A DNA stretch of 42,255 nt, from positions 1 through 42,255 of the forward strand of contig JADGOM010000013.1 of assembly GCA_017882925.1 (NCBI GenBank), given 5' to 3'. The translations under genes and the position numbers were made by a program. The stretch comes from Acidimicrobiia bacterium. GTDB lineage: Bacteria; Actinomycetota; Acidimicrobiia; IMCC26256; Chersky-534. Shown one piece after another: positions 1 through 8,003 of the stretch (its first letter is position 1; every line of letters starts with the position of its first letter). Below the pieces are notes generated by a model. It saw only the letters and a program-made list of their open reading frames with translations, was not told where the DNA came from and ran no database searches.

Positions 1-13
1 CGAACGACGAGAA

Positions 14-40
14 AGGCCGCCGGGGAAGCCCCGGCGGCCT
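14..40 (-). terminator. Perfect GC-rich hairpin (12-bp stem, 3-nt loop) followed on the minus strand by TTTCT; likely intrinsic terminator of the small ORF 64..231
   Basis: aggccgccgggg-aag-ccccggcggcct read directly. It lies 23 nt downstream of the TAG at 64..66 on the minus strand. Confidence 0.6.
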
Positions 41-63
41 GTGTGTGCGGTGCGACTCGGTCG

Positions 64-231
64 CTACTGCAGGGTCACACGAGACCGGCGGGGCGGCACG
101 TTCTTGTGGTCCGTGACGAACATCGTCGTGACGGACCACGAGCCGCCGGCCGAGGGGCAGCGAAGCGCCTGCCCGCGCGAGATACCGGCGGCGGCCAGGT
201 ACTGGCGGCTGAACCGAATCTCGTTGGACAT
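64..231 (-). CDS. Small hypothetical protein, 55 aa (MSNEIRFSRQYLAAAGISRGQALRCPSAGGSWSVTTMFVTDHKNVPPRRSRVTLQ); not in the supplied ORF track
   Basis: Hand translation gives ATG 231..229 and TAG 66..64. About 90% of codons end in G/C, matching the local coding bias. AGAGG lies about 8 nt upstream of the ATG, and the hairpin terminator 14..40 lies just downstream. No family recognised. Confidence 0.45.
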   Translation of the reverse strand: MSNEIRFSRQYLAAAGISRGQALRCPSAGGSWSVTTMFVTDHKNVPPRRSRVTLQ

Positions 232-398
232 CTCGCTGCCTCTGGGTCTCGGGTGCTGCGTGGGTGGGTCTTGGGTGTCGGTCGTGCCGGTGGTGCGGGC
301 GCTCAGGTTAGCGCCCCGAAGGACCCCGGCCGAGCCCGGTCACCTCACCACAGCGTTCCGGGGGCCGTCAACCGATTAAACGGGGAGGTGCGGACGGC

Positions 399-1223
399 CT
401 ATGAATCAGTGGCCGACGAATCCGCGGCCCGACGGGCATCGGCCCCGGCCCGGGCATGGGCCAGGAGGTGGGCGTGGACCGCCGGCGGCGCCGCGATCGT
501 GTCGCCGCTCACGAGCCAGGCGTCGGGGTCACCGGCCCAGTCGGTGACGATGCCGCCGGCCTCCCGCACGAGCAGGGCCCCGGCGGCCACGTCCCAGGTG
601 CCGAGCCCGAGCTCGAAGAAGCCGTCGAGGACCCCGGAGGCGGTCCAGGCGAGGTCGAGCGTGGCCGCGCCGATCCGGCGGAAGTCCTCGATGCTGCGGA
701 CGACCGGGAGGAACGTCTCGAGGTAGGCGTCGAGCATGTGCCGGCGGCGGAACGGGAATCCCGTCGCGCAGATCGCGGCCTCGGGCTCCCGGTCGCTCAC
801 GTGCAGCCGCACGCCGTTGCGGAACGCGCCCCCACCCTCGTGGGCCGTGAACGTCTCCCCCAGCATCGGGGCGTGGACCACGCCCACGACGGGCCGGCCG
901 TCGGCCACGAGCCCGACCGACACGCCCACCGCGTGCACGCCGTGGATGAAGTTGGACGTGCCGTCGATGGGGTCGACGAACCAGCCGACGTCGGCGCGAT
1001 CGCCGCCCGCCTCCTCGCCGAAGAACGCGATGCCGGGCGCGTGCCGCTCGAGTGCCACTCGGATGGCGTTCTCGCTCTCGACGTCGACGTCGCTCACCCA
1101 GTCGCCGGGCGCCTTCGCGCGCACGTGCTCCGCGCCGCCCCACGAGCGCTCCACGATGTCGCCACCGACGCGGGCCGCTTCGAGCGCGACCTCGAGGAGA
1201 ACGGGCAGATCCAGCCCGCTCAC
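399..1223 (-). CDS. Inositol monophosphatase family protein (SuhB/ImpA-like)
   Basis: IMPase motifs FGEE, WFVDPIDGTSNF and TWDVAAGALLVREAGG. Last gene of the minus-strand operon. Confidence 0.9.
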   Translation of the reverse strand: MSGLDLPVLLEVALEAARVGGDIVERSWGGAEHVRAKAPGDWVSDVDVESENAIRVALERHAPGIAFFGEEAGGDRADVGWFVDPIDGTSNFIHGVHAVGVSVGLVADGRPVVGVVHAPMLGETFTAHEGGGAFRNGVRLHVSDREPEAAICATGFPFRRRHMLDAYLETFLPVVRSIEDFRRIGAATLDLAWTASGVLDGFFELGLGTWDVAAGALLVREAGGIVTDWAGDPDAWLVSGDTIAAPPAVHAHLLAHARAGADARRAADSSATDS

Positions 1224-1227
1224 CGGC

Positions 1228-2046
1228 TCACGACCCCGGGGCGAGCGCGCCGCGCAGCTCGTCGAGCAGGCCCTGGTTGCTGGCTGCGAGCACCTGCCGG
1301 CGCTCGCCCGGGTCGGTGATCGCGAGGTCGCGGCCGGCCGCGTCGACGATGCGGCCCCCGGCCTCCTGCACCGCGAGCATCCCCGCGAGGTAGTCCCACG
1401 GGCCGACGTTGCCCACCGCGTCGAGGTAGCCGTCGAGATGACCGGCGGCGAGGTCGCACAGGCTGAGCGCGATCGAGCCGAGCGCGCGGAACTGGTTCCA
1501 GTCGAGCGGCTGCGCCGGCATCCCCGAGATCGCGATGATCGCGTCCTCGAGCCCGCCGCGGTTGGCCACGGTCACCAGATCGCCGTCGCGCCATGCCCCC
1601 CGGCCACGCACCGCGTGGGTCGTCGACTCGGTGACCTGGTTGGTGACGAGCCCGACGAACGGGCCGTCGGCGTCGACCGCGCACAGCGAGATCGCCCAGT
1701 ACGGCAGGCCGATCGAGCAGTTGGTGGAGCCGTCGACCGGGTCGATGACGACGGTGATGGCGGCTTGGGGGTCACCGCTGCGCCCCGACTCCTCGCTCAC
1801 GACCGCGACCGGCGCCCGGTGGAGGACCTCGAGCGCGGCCGCGTCGGCGACGATGTCGAGCGCGTACTGGTCCGGCCGGTTGCCCCGGCCCCGGCGCGCC
1901 TCCGCACCCATCGGCGCGAGCGCGCGGCGCACGGCGTAGGCGGTGTCGGCGAACAGCTCCAGGAGATCGTCACTCTGCACGGTCGGAGAGTCTGCCAGAG
2001 CTTTCGTGCGTCCCCCGACGACCGAGGAGGTCGTCGGGGGACGCAT
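1228..2046 (-). CDS. Second, divergent inositol monophosphatase family protein
   Basis: Motifs VVSEESG, VVIDPVDGSTNC and GPWDYLAGMLAVQEAGG. Start taken at ATG 2046..2044, which overlaps the TGA of the upstream gene (tcat at 2046..2049 region = ATGA coupling). The longer 465-aa track ORF upstream of this Met is Arg/Pro-rich run-through. Confidence 0.8.
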   Translation of the reverse strand: MRPPTTSSVVGGRTKALADSPTVQSDDLLELFADTAYAVRRALAPMGAEARRGRGNRPDQYALDIVADAAALEVLHRAPVAVVSEESGRSGDPQAAITVVIDPVDGSTNCSIGLPYWAISLCAVDADGPFVGLVTNQVTESTTHAVRGRGAWRDGDLVTVANRGGLEDAIIAISGMPAQPLDWNQFRALGSIALSLCDLAAGHLDGYLDAVGNVGPWDYLAGMLAVQEAGGRIVDAAGRDLAITDPGERRQVLAASNQGLLDELRGALAPGS

Positions 2047-4313
2047 CAGGTGATGGGGACGATCTCGATGACGGCGTTGTAGTCGGGCACACCGGAGCGA
2101 TCGCGCACGGCCGCGCCGAGGAGCACGTTGCCCTCGGGGAAGTAGGTCTGCACGTTGCCGGGGCGGATCGCGGCGACGTGGACCCGGGCCTGCATCGAGC
2201 CGTGATCCGACCGCAGCAGCACGCGCGCGCCGTCGCGCACGCTCAGGCGCGCCGCGTCCTCCTCGGCCATGAACACCGCGTCGCGGCCGGCCCCCGTGAG
2301 CGGGTCGCGCTCCTGGTGCACCATCGAGTTGAACTGCTTGCCCCGCCGGGTGCTCATCACGAAGCGGCCCTCGGGCACGTCGCGCGCGTGCGGCGCGAGC
2401 GGGGTGAACCGGGCCCGCCCGTCGGCGGTCGGGAAGACCCCGCCCTCGGCGAGCCGCTCCCCACCCCACTGGAACGCGTCGCCGAGCTGGTGCAGGTCTT
2501 CGATGCCGGCGTACATGGGCACGACGCGCGCGATCTCGCGGCGCATCGCGTCGCCCGACTCGAACGACGCGAGGTGGCCGCGTTCGGGGTCGACGGCCCG
2601 GGCGAGGTCGCCCCAGATCTCCCACTCGCTGCGCGCCTCGCCGATCCGCGGGCCCTTGATCGAGGGGCTGAAGATGACCCGCCGCTCGCTCGTGGTCTCC
2701 GTGCCACCGTCGCGCTGCTCGTACCTCGTGGCCGCGGGGAGCAACACGACGACGTCGCCCGGGTCGACGAGCATCTGGCTCGACAGCACGATGTCCTGGT
2801 GCACCCGCACCGGCAGCCGGGCCAGCGCGTCACGCGTGAACTCGGGATCGGGCAGCACGTCGAGGAAGTTGCCGCCGCTCGAATAGAGGACCTCGATCGT
2901 GCCGCGGTGCGCGGCGTCGATCATCGCGGCCGCGCTGAGCCCCGGCTTGTCGGGTACCGGGAAGCCCCACTCGTCGGAGAGCCGCCGGGCGTTGTCGGGG
3001 TTGACGGGGATGCCACCCGGCAGCGCGGTGGCGTAGGCGCCCATCTCGGCTCCACCCTGCACGCCCGAGTGGCCGCGGATCGGCATGACCCCGGCGCCGG
3101 GCTTGCCGACGTTGCCCCGGGCGAGCGCGAGGTTGACGATCGCGGCGACGTTGTCGCTGCCGCGCTCGTGCTGGGTGATGCCCATCGACCAGACGAGGAC
3201 CGCGGTCGGCGCGTCGGCGTAGAACTTCGCGAAGCGCTCCATGTCGGCCCGGGTCGCGCCCGACGCCTGCTCGAGCTGGGTGAACGACTCCTGCTCGAGC
3301 TCGGCGAGCAGGTCGTCGAACCCGCACGTGTGCTCGCGGATGAACGCACGGTCGAGGCCGCCCGTGGCCAGCAGCACCTTCATCACGCCGTTGAGGAACG
3401 CGAGGTCGCCGCCGGTGTGCACGGTGAAGAATTCGTCGGCCATCTTCGTGCCGAACAGCGCGCTCTCGGTATTGCTCGGCACCCAGTAGCGCTCGAGTCC
3501 CGGCTCCCGCAGCGGGTTGACCACGATCACCTTCGCGCCCCGCATGCGCGCCAAGTACAGGTACTTCATGAAGACGGGCTGCGCGTTGGCGACGTTGCTG
3601 CCGAACAGGATGATGAGGTCGCTCGCGATCACGTCGGTGTACGACACCGAGGTGGCGCCGATGCCGAGCGTCTCGTAGAGCGTGACGGTCGACGGCGCGT
3701 GGCAGACGCGCGCCGCGTTGTCGACGTTGTTGGAGCCGAGGAACCGCACCGTCTTCTGCGCCGCGTAGTAGGTCTCGTTGGTGATGCCCCGTGCGGTGAG
3801 GTAGACGCCGAGCGCGGCAGGCCCCGCGCTGCGGATGCGGCCCGCGATCAGCCCCAGCGCGTCGTCCCACGACACCCGGCTGAACCCGGGCTCACCCTTG
3901 CGCCGCACCATCGGGTACGGCAGGCGGCCGAGATCACGGAGCTGCTTCCCGTTGAGGCTGCGGAGCTTCTCGACGTCGGCGAGCACCGCCGGATCGAGCG
4001 CGTCCATCGTGTTGACCTTGAGGAGGTTGAGCCGCGTGGTGCAGAGGTGCACGCCGTCGATCGTCCAGTCGTGCAGCCCCGCGACCCCGAGCGCGCAGCC
4101 GTCGCACGCGCCCTTGCGCACGATGCGCGACGCGTAGAACGGGTGCCGGCGGTTGTCCCAGATCGTGTGGAGCATCTCGCGGAAGTGGTGCGGCTTGGTC
4201 TCCCCCGCGCCGTTGGGGCGGAAGCCGACCCACAGGTCGCGGCGGGTGCGCCGGCCGCCCTTGCCGATGCGGCGGCGCTCCTTCTTGCCCTTCCGGCCGA
4301 CCCAGCGGGCCAC
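2046..4313 (-). CDS. FdhF/YdeP-family molybdopterin oxidoreductase (formate dehydrogenase alpha-like)
   Basis: N-terminal GACDGCALG...GLHDWT...HLCTTRLNLLKVNTM and MPIRGHSGVQGGAEMG, typical of the YdeP subfamily of bis-MGD enzymes. 755 aa, GTG start 1 nt after the fdhD stop. Confidence 0.88.
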   Translation of the reverse strand: MARWVGRKGKKERRRIGKGGRRTRRDLWVGFRPNGAGETKPHHFREMLHTIWDNRRHPFYASRIVRKGACDGCALGVAGLHDWTIDGVHLCTTRLNLLKVNTMDALDPAVLADVEKLRSLNGKQLRDLGRLPYPMVRRKGEPGFSRVSWDDALGLIAGRIRSAGPAALGVYLTARGITNETYYAAQKTVRFLGSNNVDNAARVCHAPSTVTLYETLGIGATSVSYTDVIASDLIILFGSNVANAQPVFMKYLYLARMRGAKVIVVNPLREPGLERYWVPSNTESALFGTKMADEFFTVHTGGDLAFLNGVMKVLLATGGLDRAFIREHTCGFDDLLAELEQESFTQLEQASGATRADMERFAKFYADAPTAVLVWSMGITQHERGSDNVAAIVNLALARGNVGKPGAGVMPIRGHSGVQGGAEMGAYATALPGGIPVNPDNARRLSDEWGFPVPDKPGLSAAAMIDAAHRGTIEVLYSSGGNFLDVLPDPEFTRDALARLPVRVHQDIVLSSQMLVDPGDVVVLLPAATRYEQRDGGTETTSERRVIFSPSIKGPRIGEARSEWEIWGDLARAVDPERGHLASFESGDAMRREIARVVPMYAGIEDLHQLGDAFQWGGERLAEGGVFPTADGRARFTPLAPHARDVPEGRFVMSTRRGKQFNSMVHQERDPLTGAGRDAVFMAEEDAARLSVRDGARVLLRSDHGSMQARVHVAAIRPGNVQTYFPEGNVLLGAAVRDRSGVPDYNAVIEIVPIT

Positions 4314-4314
4314 G

Positions 4315-5163
4315 TCAGACCCCCACGGGGAGCGCGACCCGCTCGGGGTGCGAGTAGACGTTGGCGCGGTCGCCGCGCACGAAGCCGACGACCGTCTGGC
4401 CCAGGCGGCGCCCGAGGTCGACCGCGAGGCTCGACGGCGCCGACACCGCGACCAGGATCGGGATCCCGGCGACCGCGGCCTTCTGCACGATCTCGAAGCT
4501 CAGCCGGCCCGAGACGACGAGCGCCACGTCGCGCAGGGGCAGCATCCCGGCCAGGAACGCGTGGCCGATGACCCCGTCGACCGCGTTGTGGCGCCCGACG
4601 TCTTCGCGCACCACGAGCAGCTCGCCGTCGCTCCGGGCCAGGCCCGCGGCGTGCAGCCCGCCGGTGCGGTCGAACACCGACTGCGCGTCGCGGAGCCGGT
4701 CCGGGAGCGCGCGGATCGCGTCGATGCCCATCACCGGGCCGTCGGCCACCGGTGCGCACTGGAGCTCCACTTCCTCGAGGCTCGTGGTGCCGCAGATCCC
4801 GCAGCTCGAGTTGGTGACGAGGTCGCGGCGGCGGGCGCCCGCGGGCACGGGCCGGCGCAGCTTCACCGTGACCACGTTGTAGAGCTGCTCCCCCTGGCCG
4901 CCGAGGCAGTAGGCGGCGGAGTCCAGCTCCTCCGGATCGGTGAGCAGCCCCTCGGTGACGCAGAAGCCGACCGCGAGCTCGAAGTCGTGCCCGGGCGTGC
5001 GCATGGTGACGGCGAGCGGTTCGGGCGACTGCCCGGGCCCGTGGACCCGGATCTCCATCGGCTCCTCGGTCACTAGCCGGTCGGGACGCTCGCGCACCAC
5101 GTCGCCGTCGATCACGACGACTCGGGTGTTGGTCACGGGACGGCGCGCGGGGGCATCGGACAC
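4315..5163 (-). CDS. fdhD: Formate dehydrogenase accessory sulfurtransferase FdhD
   Basis: SSCGICGTTS cysteine loop and GRHNAVDGVIG motif. Sits directly upstream of the molybdoenzyme. Confidence 0.9.
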   Translation of the reverse strand: MSDAPARRPVTNTRVVVIDGDVVRERPDRLVTEEPMEIRVHGPGQSPEPLAVTMRTPGHDFELAVGFCVTEGLLTDPEELDSAAYCLGGQGEQLYNVVTVKLRRPVPAGARRRDLVTNSSCGICGTTSLEEVELQCAPVADGPVMGIDAIRALPDRLRDAQSVFDRTGGLHAAGLARSDGELLVVREDVGRHNAVDGVIGHAFLAGMLPLRDVALVVSGRLSFEIVQKAAVAGIPILVAVSAPSSLAVDLGRRLGQTVVGFVRGDRANVYSHPERVALPVGV

Positions 5164-5165
5164 GG

Positions 5166-5762
5166 TCAGAGGCTAAACCCGAGACCGAGCCGCGCGAGGT
5201 CCTCGGGCGTGTCGACGTCGTCCAACGCGTCGGCTCGGGTCACCCGTTGCCAGTCGTCCTCCGGGATCGCCGAGTAGCCCACTCGCTCGAGCAGTCCGCG
5301 CAGCGAGCGCAACGGCGCTTCGACCGCCGGCTCACCGCCCGCGGGCTCCCCCGCGAGCAGCGCGAGCGCGTCGGTGCCGTAGCGGGCGCAGCACAGCTGG
5401 GGAAAGCCGGCCTGCATCGGGACCGCGCTCGCGTCCCCCGGCCAGCCGGCGACGAGCGCGAGCAGGGCGGCGTCGACGAGCGGGAGGTCGACCCCGAGCA
5501 GGAGGATCGGCCGGCCGGCCCCGAGCACGCGCACGGCCGTTGCCAGCGCGACCAGCGGGCCGCCGCCGGGGGCATCGTCGGCGACGGCGTGCAGCCCGCT
5601 CCGGCCCGGGCCGACCTCGAGCACCGGCTCACACACCTCGGCGAGGACGCGCGCGGCGCGCGCTGCAAGCGTCTCGTCGCCCAGCCGGATCGTGGCCTTG
5701 TCGACGCCCATCCGCCGGCTCGTGCCCCCGGTGAGCAGCACCCCTGCGACGGCCCCGGCCAC
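5166..5762 (-). CDS. mobA: Molybdenum cofactor guanylyltransferase MobA
   Basis: N-terminal GVLLTGGTSRRMGVDKA (LAGGxSxRMGxDK motif). Start assigned to GTG 5762..5760 just below the upstream stop at 5768. The rest of the 420-aa track ORF is run-through. Confidence 0.8.
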   Translation of the reverse strand: MAGAVAGVLLTGGTSRRMGVDKATIRLGDETLAARAARVLAEVCEPVLEVGPGRSGLHAVADDAPGGGPLVALATAVRVLGAGRPILLLGVDLPLVDAALLALVAGWPGDASAVPMQAGFPQLCCARYGTDALALLAGEPAGGEPAVEAPLRSLRGLLERVGYSAIPEDDWQRVTRADALDDVDTPEDLARLGLGFSL

Positions 5763-5767
5763 CGGGA

Positions 5768-6196
5768 TCAGGCTTCGGGGGCGGGCTCGCCCTCGCGCGC
5801 CAGCGTGTAGCGCACCACCACCCACCGCCCGTCGCGGCGGGCGAGCTGCAGCTCGTCGCGGACGGTGTGGCCGTCGTTGAGCGCGATCTCGGTGACGACG
5901 ACGGCCGCGTCCCGGTCGGCCCGGGTCTCCACGATGCTGACCCCGCGCGCCAGACGCTTGAGCTGGGGCCGGTCGCGGTACGCGTCGCGCTTCGCCCGGA
6001 GGAACTCCTTGCGCTCGAGGTTGTCCTTGAGCTCGGGACCTGAGAGCGACCACAGGGTCTCGAAGTCGAGGCGGTCCCACGCGAGCTCGTACGCGATCGC
6101 GGCGTCGTCCGCGCCGGGTCCCCGGTCCCTGGCCATGAGGTACGCGAGGGCCAGGACGATGAGCAGGAGCGCAACGCCGGCGACGACGAGGGCCAT
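5768..6196 (-). CDS. Hypothetical membrane-anchored protein (one N-terminal TM helix plus a roughly 110-aa soluble domain)
   Basis: MALVVAGVALLLIVLALAYLMA hydrophobic anchor. High GC3. Tightly packed between the PCD gene and mobA. An NTF2-like fold is only a guess. Confidence 0.6.
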   Translation of the reverse strand: MALVVAGVALLLIVLALAYLMARDRGPGADDAAIAYELAWDRLDFETLWSLSGPELKDNLERKEFLRAKRDAYRDRPQLKRLARGVSIVETRADRDAAVVVTEIALNDGHTVRDELQLARRDGRWVVVRYTLAREGEPAPEA

Positions 6197-6199
6197 CGA

Positions 6200-6490
6200 C
6201 TACCTCGCCACGCCGTCGATCGCGCGGGCGAGGGCGATGTCGCGCTCGGTGATGCCACCGAGGTCGTGCGACGTGAGCAGCACCTTCACCGTGCGCCAGC
6301 GGATGTCGAGGTCGGGGTGGTGATCGGCCTTCTCGGCCAGGAACCCGATGCGCACCACGAAGGCGACGGCGTCGGCGAACGTCGGCCGCTCGTAGCTGCG
6401 GACGATGGCGTCGCCGTCGCGCGTCCACTCGGGCAGGCCGCCGAGGGCGGTCTCGATGTCGGCGTCGGAGAGTCGGGGCACGCCGGCCAT
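6200..6490 (-). CDS. 4a-hydroxytetrahydrobiopterin (pterin-4a-carbinolamine) dehydratase family protein, COG2154
   Basis: Signature EKADHHPDLDIRWRTVKVLLTSHD; 96 aa, typical size. Confidence 0.85.
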   Translation of the reverse strand: MAGVPRLSDADIETALGGLPEWTRDGDAIVRSYERPTFADAVAFVVRIGFLAEKADHHPDLDIRWRTVKVLLTSHDLGGITERDIALARAIDGVAR

Positions 6491-6540
6491 TCTCGACCCT
6501 CGGGGGCCGTTGCGGCGAACGCGCCGGGCCGCTTGGAGCC

Positions 6541-6554
6541 CGAACGTATGTTCG
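6541..6554. promoter_or_regulatory. SOS (LexA) box, Cheo/mycobacterial type GAAC-N4-GTTC
   Basis: cGAACgtatGTTCg read directly. It lies 14 nt upstream of the radical SAM ATG and is immediately followed by a TANNNT -10 candidate (tagggt, 6556..6561). Confidence 0.65.
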
Positions 6555-6567
6555 CTAGGGTGGCCGG

Positions 6568-7599
6568 ATGGTCGAACCGATCGCCGCGCCGGCCGCGGCC
6601 GAGCGACTCCGCTGGCGGGTGGTCGAGTCCGCCCCCGAGCAGCAGCAGCTCTTCCCCACCCCGCCCGAGCGGATCGTCGGCACCGGCGAGTTCCGGGGGC
6701 TCGAGTTCCTGCCCGTGCACGCGCGCCGGATCATCAACGAGGTGCCGAAGACATCGCCGGTCCCGTTCCGGCACACGATCAACGCGTACCGCGGGTGCAG
6801 CCACGCCTGCACCTACTGCTTCGCCCGACCCACGCACGACTACCTCGGGCTCGACTCCGACGTCGACTTCGACCGGGTCATCGTGGTGAAGGTCAACGCG
6901 GTGGAGCGGCTGCGGGCCGAGCTCGCGCCCAAGCGGTGGAACGGCGACCCGATCGCGATGGGCACCAACACCGACCCGTACCAACGCGCCGAGGGCAAGT
7001 ACCACCTCACCCAGGGGATCATCGACGTGCTGAGCGCGGCGCGGAACCCGTTCTCGATCCTCACCAAGGGCACGCTCATCCTGCGCGACCTCGACGCGCT
7101 GGCCGAGGCCGCGCGGCGCACCACGGTGGAGACCAGCTTCTCGATCGGCACCGTCGACGAGGAGGTCTGGAAGCTCACGGAGCCGGGTACCCCGCATCCC
7201 ATGCAGCGGGTGGAGGCCGTCGCCCGCCTCAACGACGCGGGCGTGCCGTGCAGCGTGCTGATCGGTCCGATCCTGCCCGGCCTGTCCGATCGTCCGGAGC
7301 AGCTCGACGCGGTGGTCGGCGCCTGCGTCGACGCGGGCGCGCGGTCGATCGCGCCGATCATGCTGCACCTCCGGCCGGGCGTGAAGGAGCACTACCTCGG
7401 CTGGCTCCAAGGCGTCCGGCCCGATCTCGTCGCCGACCACGAGGAGCGGTACCGCCGTGCCTACGCCAGCAGCAAGCAGCGCGACGCGCTCACCACCACC
7501 GTCCGCGACCTGATCGCGAAGCACCGCCTGCGGGTCCGGCGGGGCGGATCCACCCGGGCGATGCCCCGGCTGTCGGAGCGCTTCGAACGCCCGCGTTGA
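6568..7599 (+). CDS. Radical SAM protein, SplB/COG1533 (Rv2578c-like) family
   Basis: CSHACTYC = CxxxCxxC cluster motif in the context INAYRGCSHACTYCFARPTHDYLGLD; 343 aa. Confidence 0.85.
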   Translation: MVEPIAAPAAAERLRWRVVESAPEQQQLFPTPPERIVGTGEFRGLEFLPVHARRIINEVPKTSPVPFRHTINAYRGCSHACTYCFARPTHDYLGLDSDVDFDRVIVVKVNAVERLRAELAPKRWNGDPIAMGTNTDPYQRAEGKYHLTQGIIDVLSAARNPFSILTKGTLILRDLDALAEAARRTTVETSFSIGTVDEEVWKLTEPGTPHPMQRVEAVARLNDAGVPCSVLIGPILPGLSDRPEQLDAVVGACVDAGARSIAPIMLHLRPGVKEHYLGWLQGVRPDLVADHEERYRRAYASSKQRDALTTTVRDLIAKHRLRVRRGGSTRAMPRLSERFERPR

Positions 7600-7619
7600 G
7601 CCCGCGCGAGACTGCCCGC

Positions 7620-7949
7620 GTGGCCGTCGCCGAGTCCCCCGCACCCGAATCCGTCGAGATCGACCGGAACACGGGGGTCGCGTCGTTCGTCTGGGCCGAC
7701 GGCCCCGCGCAGTTCTCGCTCGAGGACCTGCGCGGCAACTGCCCGTGCGCGGAGTGCCGCGGCCTGCGCGAGCGCGGCCTGCCCGTGTGGCCCAAGCCGA
7801 GCTCGCCGCTGCCCCTGAAGCTCGAGAGCGCGGAGCTCGTCGGCGGTTGGGGCATCTCGTTCTCGTGGAACGACGGGCACGCCACCGGCATCTACTCGTG
7901 GTCGGTCCTGCGCGCCTGGGTCGGCCTCGAGTCCGACGACTCCGTCTGA
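7620..7949 (+). CDS. DUF971 (gamma-butyrobetaine hydroxylase-like N-terminal domain) protein
   Basis: NCPCAECRG zinc-ribbon-like motif and WNDGHATGIYSWSVLR. Start uncertain: GTG 7620, or TTG 7596 overlapping the upstream stop. Only the C-terminal part of the 514-aa track ORF is credible. Confidence 0.65.
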   Translation: MAVAESPAPESVEIDRNTGVASFVWADGPAQFSLEDLRGNCPCAECRGLRERGLPVWPKPSSPLPLKLESAELVGGWGISFSWNDGHATGIYSWSVLRAWVGLESDDSV

Positions 7950-7952
7950 CCC

Positions 7953-7970
7953 CCCAGTGCGTTCACTGGG
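7953..7970. terminator. Hairpin between convergent genes (7-bp stem cccagtg/cactggg, 4-nt loop)
   Basis: cccagtg-cgtt-cactggg read directly in the 54-nt gap between the stops at 7949 and 8004. Confidence 0.5.
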
Positions 7971-8003
7971 CCCAACCATTCGGTCGAGTGAACGCCTTTG
8001 GGG

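Noticed and set aside
41-726. + strand ORFs 41..379 and 43..726
   Set aside because: They overlap the IMPase gene or the small minus-strand ORF and its terminator. The composition is low-complexity, with no SD or motif.
2178-4571. 797-aa + strand ORF (and the overlapping ORFs 2830..3870, 3848..4759 and others)
   Set aside because: It is antisense or out of frame to the ydeP and fdhD genes, which carry clear family motifs. The translation is Arg/Ala/Gly/Pro/Val low-complexity, typical of non-coding frames in about 70% GC DNA.
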